DNA from: Deltaproteobacteria bacterium | GTDB taxonomy: Bacteria; Myxococcota_A; UBA9160; UBA6930 | Length of the DNA: 64,000 bases | Assembly: GCA_028817435.1 (NCBI GenBank) | Contig: JAPPPQ010000005.1 | Coordinates: 3,408 to 67,407, forward strand | Direction: 5' to 3' | Shown: positions 30,873-39,914 of the stretch, piece after piece | Numbering within the stretch: position 1 is the stretch's first letter | Layout of the letters: each line of letters starts with the position of its first letter | The notes under the pieces: model-generated | Database searches by the model: none | Told to the model about the DNA's origin: nothing | The model's input: only the letters and a program-made list of their open reading frames with translations | Made by a program: the position numbers and the translations under genes

Positions 30873-30965
30873 GTGGGAAGCATCGTCAAAAAGCGGCGCA
30901 AGAAGATGCGCAAGCACAAGAAGAAGAAGCTGCTGAAGCGCCAGCGCCACAAGCGCAAGCGCTGA
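30873..30965 (+). CDS. 30-codon highly basic peptide, bS22-like (AURKAIP1/COX24-type small ribosomal protein)
   Basis: Hidden in the 3' end of spurious track ORF 30276..30965. GGAGG lies at 30861-65, then a GTG at 30873: (M)GSIVKKRRKKMRKHKKKKLLKRQRHKRKR, stop at 30963-65. From memory it matches the MGS-[IV]-KKRRK-M-K-K-H-K-LL signature of the actinobacterial bS22 family. Confidence 0.7.
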   Translation: MGSIVKKRRKKMRKHKKKKLLKRQRHKRKR

Positions 30966-30988
30966 TCCCCGCGCCGCCTCGCTGCGTT

Positions 30989-32845
30989 TCAGCAGTCCAG
31001 CAGGTGCTCGCGCTCGGAGGCGCGGAAGCGCTGGCGCAGCGCGGCAAAGTCGGCAGGGGTGAATTCGCGGAAAGTATTGGCGCCGCGCTCGCGGAAGTAG
31101 ATGGGGGCGTCGGGCAGGCGCTCGCGGTGATAGTGGTCCTGCTTGAGTTCGCGCACCAGAATCTTCTGCGTCTGGGTGAAGCTGAAGGTCTGCACCAGCC
31201 GCAGAAAATCGGGAAACCACTTGCGGTCCATGCCGCCGCTTTCCACCTGCGCCTGGCACCACTGGAAGAAGGCCCCGGGATCGAAGCTCGCGCCCTCGCG
31301 CAACAGCAGGCTCGCCATCACCAGTTCGTCGGAGACATCGCAGGGCGCGCCGTAGGCGGCGGCGAGCTCCACATCCGGGTGCTCCTGCAACAGGCGCGCC
31401 ACCTGGGCGGCGGAGAAGTTCTCGCCGTCCTTGCGGATCCAATCGTCGGTGCGGCCGTCGAAGTAGAGATAGCGCCTGTCCTCCACCATCAGCACATGCC
31501 CGAGATCGCCGGAGTGATAGACGCCGTCGCGATACTTGTTGGCGTTGGCCTCGGGGTTGCCGAAGTAGCCCTGAAAAAGAGCGGTGTCGCCGGCCACGCG
31601 GCAAATTTCGCCCACCGCCTCGGCATAGTTGGCGATGCCGGGGCCCGCGCCCAGCGGAATGGCGGGCGGGCATTCGCGCCCCTGCTCGTCGAGAATCTTC
31701 ACCGACGGATCGGTGATCTCGCCCACGCTGCCGCGCGGATCGCCGCGCCGCCGGAAGGTGGAAATGGCGGCCTCGGTGGAGCCGTAGAGTTCGAGCATAT
31801 CTTCGAGCCCCAGCCAGCGCGTGAAGCGGTCTATGTCCGGCGGCGAAGCGCCGTTGCCAATGGCGTAGCGCATGCGGTTCTGCGGGCTGCGCGCAACCGC
31901 CGCCACAATCGCCGCTTCGTCGCCGGCGTATTCGCGCGAGAGCGCATCCAGTATGTAGTGCACCGGCTCGCCCACATAGTTCCAGTAAGTGACGCCGTGG
32001 CGCAGCACATCCTCTGCAAAGCGGCTGGCGCTGAAGCGCCGGCGCAACAGCAGCCGGCCACAGCACCAGAACGCGGACTGAAAGCCCAGGAACATGGCGT
32101 TCGAGTGAAACAGCGGCATACAGGCGTAGCCCGTATCGTCCCTGCCGAGCTCCAGCAGCCGGGTGATGTTCGAGCCGATCAGCAGCATTTTCAAGTGATT
32201 GTTGTTGATGCCCTTGGGCAGGCCCGTGGTGCCCGAGGTGTAGACCACCATCAGGTTCTGCTCGGGCGCAATCTCAACTGCGGGCGGCTGCCGCGGCGCA
32301 TCCACCGCGCCCTGCTCGGCGGCGAGCGCCGCCGCCAGATCGCCCATGCCGGTGGCAACGGCCTCCCCTCCGCCGCTGCGCAGCACCAGCAGATTCTCCG
32401 GCGCAATCGCGAGCTTCTCCCGCACGCGCTCGACCTCTGCGGCGAAGCGCTCCTCCACCACCAGCAGCCGGGCGCGGGAATGCGCAATGACGCCGGCCAG
32501 CGTTTCGCCCCGCAGCCCGGTGTTGACGCCGAAGAGCGTGAGCCCGGCGTAGGCGCAGCCGCCATAGAGCGCGAGCAGCTCGAAGTGATTCTCGAGCATC
32601 ATCGCCACATGGCCGGGGCGCTCGGCGCCAATGGGCGCCAGCCTGCCGAGCAGGAAGTGCGCCATGCGCACGCACTCATCGCGATAGCGGCGCCAGCTCC
32701 AGCGGCGCTCGTCCTGCAACAAAAAGTCGCGCTCTGCCAGCGCCGGATGGGCGGCGCGGGCCTCAAGTTGCGCGCCCAAGTGAAGGGGCGCGTCAAAGTT
32801 CAGCGCATCGGGCGACTCGGACAAGCGGGGCTCCGCACTGATCAC
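30989..32845 (-). CDS. AMP-dependent acyl-CoA synthetase/ligase (long-chain fatty-acid-CoA ligase-like)
   Basis: Track ORF 30989..32845, GTG start. AMP-binding motif VVYTSGTTGLPKG, plus YGSTE, YHSGDLG and IRKDGENFS. Confidence 0.88.
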   Translation of the reverse strand: MISAEPRLSESPDALNFDAPLHLGAQLEARAAHPALAERDFLLQDERRWSWRRYRDECVRMAHFLLGRLAPIGAERPGHVAMMLENHFELLALYGGCAYAGLTLFGVNTGLRGETLAGVIAHSRARLLVVEERFAAEVERVREKLAIAPENLLVLRSGGGEAVATGMGDLAAALAAEQGAVDAPRQPPAVEIAPEQNLMVVYTSGTTGLPKGINNNHLKMLLIGSNITRLLELGRDDTGYACMPLFHSNAMFLGFQSAFWCCGRLLLRRRFSASRFAEDVLRHGVTYWNYVGEPVHYILDALSREYAGDEAAIVAAVARSPQNRMRYAIGNGASPPDIDRFTRWLGLEDMLELYGSTEAAISTFRRRGDPRGSVGEITDPSVKILDEQGRECPPAIPLGAGPGIANYAEAVGEICRVAGDTALFQGYFGNPEANANKYRDGVYHSGDLGHVLMVEDRRYLYFDGRTDDWIRKDGENFSAAQVARLLQEHPDVELAAAYGAPCDVSDELVMASLLLREGASFDPGAFFQWCQAQVESGGMDRKWFPDFLRLVQTFSFTQTQKILVRELKQDHYHRERLPDAPIYFRERGANTFREFTPADFAALRQRFRASEREHLLDC

Positions 32846-32861
32846 AACCGCTGGCGCCGCC

Positions 32862-33095
32862 TCAGTGCTCGATGATCTCCAGAACGTAGCGCTTCCGGTC
32901 CTTGCCGCTGGCCGCCGCCAGAATGGTGCGGATGGCCGAGGCGTGGGAGCCGCCCTTGCCGATCACCTTGCCCAGGTCTTCCTTGGCGACGCGCAGCTCG
33001 AGCACATGGGCGTGCTCGCCAATCACCTCCTCAATCTGGATCTCGTCCGACTTGTCCACCAACGCGCGGACAATCGCCTCGATGAGTTCCTTCAT
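32862..33095 (-). CDS. KH-domain RNA-binding protein (YlqC/UPF0109 family)
   Basis: Track ORF 32862..33095, ATG after AAGGAA. KH GXXG loop in [20 protein letters not shown]. Confidence 0.88.
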   Translation of the reverse strand: MKELIEAIVRALVDKSDEIQIEEVIGEHAHVLELRVAKEDLGKVIGKGGSHASAIRTILAAASGKDRKRYVLEIIEH

Positions 33096-33158
33096 CCCGG
33101 TTCCTTTCCCGACGCCTCGCCTTGTGGCTTGGAAGCGTGGAGGGCGCGTCGTCCGGCT

Positions 33159-33187
33159 ATTCTACCGCCCGGTAAAATTATTTGCAA
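33159..33187 (-). promoter_or_regulatory. Near-consensus sigma70-type promoter for the KH-domain gene
   Basis: On the minus strand: TTGCAA (33187-33182), 17-nt spacer, TAGAAT (33164-33159). It sits in an A/T-rich patch about 65 nt upstream of the ATG at 33095. Confidence 0.5.
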
Positions 33188-33375
33188 GCGTTTTCTCCGT
33201 TTTGTTCCCCCGGGGGAAATCGCCCGCCCGCCGCATTTGCCGCGCGGGGGCAGGCGTGATACAAAGCGCGCCGACGATGCTCGACGCAAATCGGGAACCC
33301 CCGCCCCCTGCGCAACCCACGGGACGACTTCCCGGCTAGGCCCCCGCGCGAGGCCCCCGGGAGCCGGAGCCTCGC

Positions 33376-33648
33376 ATGGCGACTCCCGGCGAAATCCGCA
33401 TCGCCCTGGACCTGCTCTACGAGAAGCGGCGGGCCGCCAGCACGCTGCGCGAACTGCCGCCGGAGCTGCTGCCCGAAATCTTCGCGGCGCTGGCCGGCGC
33501 ACTGGGCGCCGCCATCCCGCTCACGCTCAAAGCCCTGAAACAAGATCCCGCCGTCGGCTCCGGCGTCTTCGTAACCACCCTCACCGATATCTTCGGCTTC
33601 GCCGTCTTCCTCGGCATCGCCAGCGCCCTCATCGAGCGCCTGACCTGA
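33376..33648 (+). pseudogene. mgtE: Remnant of magnesium transporter MgtE (N-terminal helix fused in frame to the last transmembrane segment)
   Basis: Track ORF 33376..33648 (90 aa). RELPPELLPEIFAAL resembles the MgtE N-domain. It runs straight into AIPLTLKALKQDPAVGSGVFVTTLTDIFGFAVFLGIA, the extreme C-terminal MgtE signature. The roughly 350 aa of CBS and membrane domains that normally lie between them are missing. Confidence 0.55.
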
Positions 33649-33656
33649 GCCGGAGA

Positions 33657-34391
33657 TCAAACCTCCCCGGGTTTTGCGGCGTAGCGTTCTTCCAGGTAGG
33701 CGGCGATGTCTGCGGATTCGAACATTTCCACATTGCTGTTCGGATCCACCAGGAAGGGCACCTGCATTTTGCCGGAGCGTTCGGCGAAGGCGGGGCGGCT
33801 GGGGCTGCCGCGGCCCACATTGTGCAACAGGTAGGGAATCTCCAGGGTGCAGAGTTTCTCGCGCACCAGCCTTGAGAAGGGCGATGCCTCGAAGGACCAC
33901 AGTTCCAGCGGCTGTCCGGGCGGCCGGGAGGGCCGGGCGAAGGTGCCGGCCTGCAGGCGCAACAGCGAGGCGAAACCACCGGCCAGCACGGGCAACGGCC
34001 CCTGCAAATGCCAGGGCGGCTTGCCGGCGCCGTATTCGGCAAAGAGATGCGCGATGATATCGGCGGACTCGAAGATCTCGCGGCCGGTGTTCGGATCCAC
34101 CATGTAGGGAAACTGCTGTTTGCCCGCGCGGCGCTGCAACTCCCCGCGGAAGCGCTGGCCGCCCTTGGGGCAGGGCAGAATGTTCACCTCCAGGTCGAGC
34201 GCCGTGCAGGCCTCGCGCACTTTGCGGCAGAATGGGCAGCTTTCGAATTCGTAGAGCGTGATGGGCGCAGCAGGGCGCTTGCCCAGCGCGCCCACGCGCA
34301 CGCCGGAGAGCGGGCGCAGCATGGTGGCGGCGATGGAGCTGCCCACCTCGAAGCTGCGCAGCGGGTTGAAGTTGCCGAGCTCGTTCGCCAT
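33657..34391 (-). CDS. Tandem glutaredoxin-like / GST N-terminal domain protein
   Basis: Track ORF 33657..34391. Repeat 1 is ITLYEFESCPFCRKVRE...FPYMVDPNTG..FESADI. Repeat 2 is LELWSFEASPFSRLVRE...VPFLVDPNSN..FESADI. Confidence 0.8.
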   Translation of the reverse strand: MANELGNFNPLRSFEVGSSIAATMLRPLSGVRVGALGKRPAAPITLYEFESCPFCRKVREACTALDLEVNILPCPKGGQRFRGELQRRAGKQQFPYMVDPNTGREIFESADIIAHLFAEYGAGKPPWHLQGPLPVLAGGFASLLRLQAGTFARPSRPPGQPLELWSFEASPFSRLVREKLCTLEIPYLLHNVGRGSPSRPAFAERSGKMQVPFLVDPNSNVEMFESADIAAYLEERYAAKPGEV

Positions 34392-34406
34392 TGCGCTTCC
34401 CCCTGT

Positions 34407-35825
34407 TCAGAAGAAGAACTCGGCCAGAGCATAGGCCAGCGCGGGCCGCCCGCCGAACTGCGACGGCGCGCCGCCGAAGAAAAATTGCGCGCCCAGCGAG
34501 AAGCTCGCCGCGTTCAGCCCGGTGAAGTGCAGGGCGGGCGAGAGCGCGGCGCTGCTCCCCTGCCAGTCGTAGATCAGCAACAGCTCGCCGCGCAGCGCCG
34601 CCACCAGGTCGTAGCCGATCTGCAGGCCCGTGGCGTGCCGGGACAATGAGACGACGCGGCTGCCGGCAAAGCGCGCGGCGGAAGCGGGCGCGGCAAAGAG
34701 CGGCGCGCCGGGGGCGGGCGAGGCGGCCGCCGCCCAGGCGGGGGGCGCGGCGCTGGTCTCGAAGAAGGGCAGCAGGCGGCCCGCGCGGCCCGCGCCGAAG
34801 CCCAGCGCGTTGCCGTCGTAGAGGTGCTCGGCCATTACATACAGGCCGCTTCCCAAATCGAACTGGCGGTCGAGGCCCAGCGCAATTTGAAAGAAGGGCG
34901 CGGGCGGCGCCGCTGCGGGCGCGCCGATGGGCCAGACCGCGCGGCGGGGATCAGTCCAGGCGGCCTCCAGCCGCCAGGCAGATTCGCCCCAGTTGCCGGC
35001 CAGCTCTGCGCCCAGCCCCAGCGCGCCCGAGAAGCGGCCGGCACTCAGCGCCACATCCACATCGCCCAGCAGGCCGGCGTAGCGCAGCGCGCTGCGCGCC
35101 TCGGCGCTGCGCGGGCCGGGGGCGTGCACCGCCTGCAACTGGTGGAAGCCCGAGAAATTCCAGCGCAGCGAAAGCGCATCCACTCCCGGCGATTGGTCGG
35201 ACTCAAGCGCCAGCGGCCCGATGGCGTTGAAGCGGTCCACCGGATTCCAGAGCCGGCCCACGCCCCAGGGAATGCGCTGCCTGCCGAGCTTCACCTCGAG
35301 GCGGCGGCCCGCGTAGCGAAAGCTGCCGCGATAAATGCGGTGCCGCCAACTGCGCCGGCCGGCGTCGCTGCGGCGCAAGCCGAGCGCAAAGATGTTGCGC
35401 TCCAGGCCCAAGGCAGTCTGCGGCAGCGCGCCGGGCGCGCGCAGCAACGAGTCGAGCACGCCCGCTTCGAATTCGTGGTCGTAGGAAAGCCGCGCCGAAG
35501 TGCGCGCGCCGAGCTGCAAGCGCGCGTCGAGACACAAGCGCGTGAGGCTGCGCCATGCGTCGCGCTCGTTGCGCGGATCAAAAGCGGGGCAATCGGCGAA
35601 CTGCGCGGCCCGCGCGCAGGCATCTCCCGCCGCGCCCGCCTGCTGAAAAAAACGCGCCGCATCGGGGGTCCGGGTTGCGACGGCGAGCTCGCGCAGCGAG
35701 CCGCTGAGATCGAGTGAGCGCGCGCCCTGGCGCCAGAGTTCGCGCGCTTCCGCGGGCGCGCCCGCCGCGCTGCACAGCGCCGCCGCCCATGCCGCCAGCG
35801 CAGAGCGCGCTGCGAAGCGCCGAAT
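34407..35825 (-). CDS. Putative outer-membrane beta-barrel protein (family not recognised)
   Basis: Track ORF 34407..35537 (TTG). The C-terminus ALAYALAEFFF is a typical barrel terminus. The same frame stays open upstream to 35828 and encodes a signal-peptide-like IRRFAARSALAAWAAALCSAAGAPAEA, with no ATG/GTG/TTG. I therefore extend to the ATT at 35825 (GAGG about 10 nt upstream). The start is uncertain. Confidence 0.6.
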   Translation of the reverse strand: MRRFAARSALAAWAAALCSAAGAPAEARELWRQGARSLDLSGSLRELAVATRTPDAARFFQQAGAAGDACARAAQFADCPAFDPRNERDAWRSLTRLCLDARLQLGARTSARLSYDHEFEAGVLDSLLRAPGALPQTALGLERNIFALGLRRSDAGRRSWRHRIYRGSFRYAGRRLEVKLGRQRIPWGVGRLWNPVDRFNAIGPLALESDQSPGVDALSLRWNFSGFHQLQAVHAPGPRSAEARSALRYAGLLGDVDVALSAGRFSGALGLGAELAGNWGESAWRLEAAWTDPRRAVWPIGAPAAAPPAPFFQIALGLDRQFDLGSGLYVMAEHLYDGNALGFGAGRAGRLLPFFETSAAPPAWAAAASPAPGAPLFAAPASAARFAGSRVVSLSRHATGLQIGYDLVAALRGELLLIYDWQGSSAALSPALHFTGLNAASFSLGAQFFFGGAPSQFGGRPALAYALAEFFF

Positions 35826-35828
35826 CGC

Positions 35829-36647
35829 TCAGCCGCCCTCGCGCAAATTGCGCCGGGTGAAGATGGAATCGGGGATAGGCTCGTCGAAGCGAATCTCCTC
35901 GATCTGAATGGCGGTTTCGTGGCCGGGGCGATTCTCCGGGATCAGTGACCAGGCGTGGGGATAGAGACGGCCCCGGGTGCGGCGGAAATCCGAAAAGCGC
36001 ATGACGCGCAACAGCGCGCCGGCTTCGTCGTAGAACTCCTGGCGCAGCGGCGCAAAGCGCTCGGCGTCAATCCACGCGGCAATGCGGCCCCACACCACGG
36101 GGGCTGCTTCGTGGGGGCGGTATTCGATCACATAGGCGCGCGGAAGACCGGCGCCTGCGGGCGCAACGCCCAGCCAGTGGTGTTCGTAATCGTCGAGCTG
36201 ACTCGACTCGCGCACCAGATCGTCGTTGGTGAAATCGCTGCCCATCCACGATTGCAGCATCATCGAGGGCGGAATGCGCAGCGTCCGCTCCACGCGCGGA
36301 ATGTAATTCCAGAGATTCGGCGGGACATTCAAAAAAGCCACGCCGCGATCTTTGGGCGGCGCGGTGATGCGCACGAAGGAGCGCCCGCTGCTGCGGTCGT
36401 CCCAGGCGCGGAAGCCGACGATGCGCGGAGCGGGGAGCAGCGGCGAGCGAATCGTCATGGTCGCCTGGAAGTAGCTGTTCTCGCCGCGAAACAATTTCTC
36501 GACGCGCTCGGCCACGGCGCGCGCCGAAAGCCCGGGCGGCGGCGGCTCAAGCGCGGGCGCGGCATCTGCGGCCGCCACCGCGGTGGCGGGCAGCGCGAGG
36601 CAAATGCAGCAGAGCAGCGCCCGCGCCGCACCCGCGATGCGGTCCAA
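35829..36647 (-). CDS. Outer-membrane lipoprotein-sorting (LolA-like) protein
   Basis: 3' half of track ORF 35829..37334. A candidate TTG at 36647 gives (M)DRIAGAARALLCCICLALPATAVAAADA as signal peptide. The body contains FVRITAPPKDRGVAFL, NLWNYIPRVERTLRIPPSMMLQSWMGSDFTNDDL and RFDEPIPDSIFT, typical of the LolA-like family. Confidence 0.72.
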   Translation of the reverse strand: MDRIAGAARALLCCICLALPATAVAAADAAPALEPPPPGLSARAVAERVEKLFRGENSYFQATMTIRSPLLPAPRIVGFRAWDDRSSGRSFVRITAPPKDRGVAFLNVPPNLWNYIPRVERTLRIPPSMMLQSWMGSDFTNDDLVRESSQLDDYEHHWLGVAPAGAGLPRAYVIEYRPHEAAPVVWGRIAAWIDAERFAPLRQEFYDEAGALLRVMRFSDFRRTRGRLYPHAWSLIPENRPGHETAIQIEEIRFDEPIPDSIFTRRNLREGG

Positions 36648-37223
36648 TTGGCGCTTCACATACTTGCCGATGATGTCGGCCTCCAGATTCACGCGGTCGC
36701 CGCTGCGCAGCGCGCCCAGCGTGGTGCCGCCCAGCGTGTGGGGAATCAGCGCCACATCGAAGCCATCGTCCCGGACGCCGACCACGGTGAGCGAAACGCC
36801 ATCCACCGCCACGCCGCCCTTCGGCGCCAGCAGCTCGGCAAATCCGGCGCTGCTCTCGACGAAGAGCCGGACATCGTCCCCCGAGCGTCGCAGTTCCGCA
36901 ACGCGGCCCGCCTCGTCCACATGGCCCTGCACAATGTGCCCATCGAGCCGCGCGTCTGCGCGCACTGCGCGCTCCAGATTCACGCGGTCGCCGGGGCGCA
37001 GCGCGCCGAGCGCGGTGCGCTGCAGAGTTTCGGGCACGGCGTCAAAGAGCAATTGCCCGGCGTGCGGCTCGGCGACGCTGAGGCAAGCGCCGTTTACCGC
37101 CACGCTGTCGCCCCGGCCCACGGCGCGGGCCAGCGCAGGGGCGGCCACGGCGAGCCGCACCACATCGCCGCGCGGGGAGAGTTCCGCCAGCTCGGCCACG
37201 GCTTCAATAATGCCGGTGAACAC
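36648..37223 (-). CDS. ribE: Riboflavin synthase (alpha chain); no stop codon of its own, the frame continues into the LolA-like gene
   Basis: 5' half of track ORF 35829..37334; GTG at 37223, 1 nt after the thrC TAG. Two lumazine-binding repeats: VFTGIIEAVAEL...GDSVAVNGACLSV...VNLERA and GHIVQGHVDEAG...GGVAVDGVSLTV...VNLEADIIGKYV. The lower coordinate is only where homology ends. Confidence 0.85.
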
Positions 37224-37224
37224 C

Positions 37225-38577
37225 CTAGGCTCCGAAGCGCAATTCAATTTCGCGCAACATACGGTCGCGCACGGCCTGGTAATCGGCGGGCATTTCGATC
37301 TGCGGGTTGGGATGCTCGGAGACGACGCCGTCAATTTTCATGGTGTGGTAGCGCAGCTTGAAGTCTGTGAACTTGAGGCCGTGGGCGGTGGAGATCACCA
37401 CCACGCGGTCACTGCTCCGCAGCGTGCCGGCGCGCGCGAGCTTGCGGACCACGGCGAGTGTGACGCCCGTGTGCGGGCAGTTGAACAGCCCGGTGCGGTC
37501 GGCGCGCGCCGCCTCCGTGGCGAGCTCGCTCTCCGTGGCCTGCTCGACGATGCCGTCGTAGCGGCGCAGCGCATCCACGGCCTTCTCCCACGAAACCGGA
37601 TTGCCGATTTGAATGGCCGAGGCCAGCGTGGGCCGCGCGGCGATGGGCTCGAAGACCTCGAAATTGCGCTGGTAAGAGAGATACAGCGGATTCGCCTGGG
37701 CGGACTGGGCGCAGACGATGCGCGGGCGGCGATTCACCAGGCCGAGTTCGATCAGCATATCGAGGCCCTTCGCCAGCGCTGAAACATTGCCGAGGTTGCC
37801 GCCGGGAATGACGATCCAGTCCGGCACCTCCCAGTCGAATTGCTGCACGATCTCAATGCCAACGGTCTTCTGCCCCTCAATGCGCAGGCTGTTCATCGAG
37901 TTGGCCAGGTAGATGCCATCGCGCTGCGACACCTCCCGCACAATCTCCATGCAGCCGTCGAAATCGGTGTCGAGGGCGAAGACCATGGCGCCGTTGGAGA
38001 TGGGCTGGATCAACTGCGCCAGCGAAATTTTGTCGCGGGGCAGAAAGACAATGGAGGGAATGTCCGCCGCCGCGCAGTAGGCCGCCAGCGCCGCCGATGT
38101 GTCGCCGGTGCTGGCGCAGGCCACGGCGCGAATTGGCCTGCCCTGCGCGCGCAACTGCTTCACCATCGAGACCAGCACGGTCATGCCGAGATCCTTGAAA
38201 GAGCCCGTGTGCGTAACGCCGCAGAGCTTGATCCACAAATCCTCCAGCCCCAGCGAGCGCCCATAGCGCTCGGCCCAGAACAGGTTGGTGTGGCCCTCGA
38301 ACATGGAAACGATGTTGTCGTCCTCAATCTGCGGCAGCACCCATTCCTTCTTGCCCCAGACGCCGGAGCCGTAGGGCCAGTCGTTGCGGTGGGCGCGCTC
38401 CTCGAAGAGCTTCTTCCAGGCGCGGGGCCGCTTGCTGCGCAGCGCTTTCATATCGTGCACCACCTGGAGCAACCCGCCCTGGCTGTCGCAATACACCACC
38501 TCGTCGAGCGCGTAGCGCTCGGCGGGCTGCTTCAATCCCTCGAACCAGGCGTGATAGCGGGGCCTGCGAAGCCGCAC
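37225..38577 (-). CDS. thrC: Threonine synthase
   Basis: Track ORF 37225..38577, GTG start sharing one base with the hom stop (TAGTG). PLP-lysine region [15 protein letters not shown], plus [13 protein letters not shown]. Confidence 0.92.
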   Translation of the reverse strand: MRLRRPRYHAWFEGLKQPAERYALDEVVYCDSQGGLLQVVHDMKALRSKRPRAWKKLFEERAHRNDWPYGSGVWGKKEWVLPQIEDDNIVSMFEGHTNLFWAERYGRSLGLEDLWIKLCGVTHTGSFKDLGMTVLVSMVKQLRAQGRPIRAVACASTGDTSAALAAYCAAADIPSIVFLPRDKISLAQLIQPISNGAMVFALDTDFDGCMEIVREVSQRDGIYLANSMNSLRIEGQKTVGIEIVQQFDWEVPDWIVIPGGNLGNVSALAKGLDMLIELGLVNRRPRIVCAQSAQANPLYLSYQRNFEVFEPIAARPTLASAIQIGNPVSWEKAVDALRRYDGIVEQATESELATEAARADRTGLFNCPHTGVTLAVVRKLARAGTLRSSDRVVVISTAHGLKFTDFKLRYHTMKIDGVVSEHPNPQIEMPADYQAVRDRMLREIELRFGA

Positions 38578-39914
38578 TACAACTTCTCCTCAATGCGCAG
38601 CAGGCGCGAGCGCGCAGCCACATCGGGCAGGCGGTCAATTTCGGCCAGCGCGCGCTGCACATCGTGCTCCCGCGCCGGATGAGTCAGCACCACAATGGGC
38701 ACCGCGCCGGCGTCGCCACCGCGCCCCTTTTGCAGCACCGACTCGATGGAGATGCCGCATTTGCCGAGCAGCGAGGCAATTTCGGCCAGCACGCCGGGGC
38801 GGTCGCGCGCGGTGAAGACCAGATAGCAGCGCGCCTGCACTTCGCCCAGCGGGACGATGGGCAGCGGCTGCAGTTGCGAGAGCGGGAAGCCCAGCGGCGC
38901 CACGCGCAGCGCCGAGCCGCGCCGCAATTCCCGGGCCAGCTCCATCAAATCGGCCACCACGGCGCTGGCCGTCGGCAACTCGCCCGCTCCTGCGCCATAA
39001 AAAAGCGTGGGGCCCACGGCGTCGCCCTGCACGGCAATGGCGTTCATTGCGCCGTTCACATTCGCCAGCAGGCTGTGCGCGGGAATCATCGTCGGATGCA
39101 CGCGGGCCTCAATGCGCAGGCCGTCGGGTTCCGCCCAAGGCTTTGCAATGCCCAGCATTTTGATGCGGAAGCCGAATTCGGCGGCGGCCTCGAAATCCAG
39201 CGGCGCGAGTTCCCGAATGCCCTCGGTGGGAATCTGCTCGAAGGAGAGCTGCGCGCCGAAAGCCAGCGCCGCCAGCAGCGCGAGTTTGTGGGCGGCGTCC
39301 ACCCCGTCCACATCGAAGCTGGGATCGGCCTCGGCATAGCCGAGTTCGCCGGCGCGCTTCAGTACGACTTCGAAGGATTCGCCCGTCGCCTCCATTTCGC
39401 TCAGCACATAGTTGGTGGTGCCGTTCATGATGCCGTGCAGGCTCTCAATGCGGTTGGCCGACAGCCCTTCGCGCAGCGCGCGCAAAATGGGAATGCCGCC
39501 GCCGACGCTGGCCTCGAAGGCCACATCCACGCCGCGCCGCTCCGCCGCGCCGAAAATCTCCGCGCCGTGCAGCGCCAGCAGCGCCTTGTTCGCCGTAACC
39601 AGCGCCTTGCCGTTTTCAATAGCCTGCAGGCTGAGCTCGCGCGCGGCGCCGACGCCGCCGATCAATTCGACCACAACATCCACTTGCGGATCGGCGACCA
39701 GCCCCGCCGCGTCGGAATCGAAGCGCAGCCCCGACAGATTGAGGCCGCGCTCGCGCTCGAGATCGAGATCGGCCACGCGCAGCAGGCGCAGCGGAAATCC
39801 GAGGCGCCGCGCAATCTCATCTGCGCTGCGCTGCAGCAGCTTCACCACGCCCGTGCCAATGGTGCCGAGGCCGAGCAGGCCCACGCCCACCGCGCCCGGC
39901 GGCGAGCTCAGCAC
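38577..39914 (-). CDS. hom: Homoserine dehydrogenase (with C-terminal ACT domain)
   Basis: 3' part of track ORF 38577..40283; GTG at 39914 ([27 protein letters not shown]). [32 protein letters not shown]-like tail [21 protein letters not shown]. Confidence 0.9.
   Translation of the reverse strand: MLSSPPGAVGVGLLGLGTIGTGVVKLLQRSADEIARRLGFPLRLLRVADLDLERERGLNLSGLRFDSDAAGLVADPQVDVVVELIGGVGAARELSLQAIENGKALVTANKALLALHGAEIFGAAERRGVDVAFEASVGGGIPILRALREGLSANRIESLHGIMNGTTNYVLSEMEATGESFEVVLKRAGELGYAEADPSFDVDGVDAAHKLALLAALAFGAQLSFEQIPTEGIRELAPLDFEAAAEFGFRIKMLGIAKPWAEPDGLRIEARVHPTMIPAHSLLANVNGAMNAIAVQGDAVGPTLFYGAGAGELPTASAVVADLMELARELRRGSALRVAPLGFPLSQLQPLPIVPLGEVQARCYLVFTARDRPGVLAEIASLLGKCGISIESVLQKGRGGDAGAVPIVVLTHPAREHDVQRALAEIDRLPDVAARSRLLRIEEKL

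Noticed and set aside
35829-35831. In-frame TGA between the LolA-like gene and the barrel gene, considered as a selenocysteine or programmed read-through codon. A small hairpin, gcagcgc-gctct-gcgctg, lies about 20 nt downstream.
   Set aside because: The residues after the TGA form an N-terminal signal peptide, which only makes sense at the start of a separate protein. The hairpin is short, imperfect and unlike the bacterial SECIS I remember. No selenoprotein family fits either flank.
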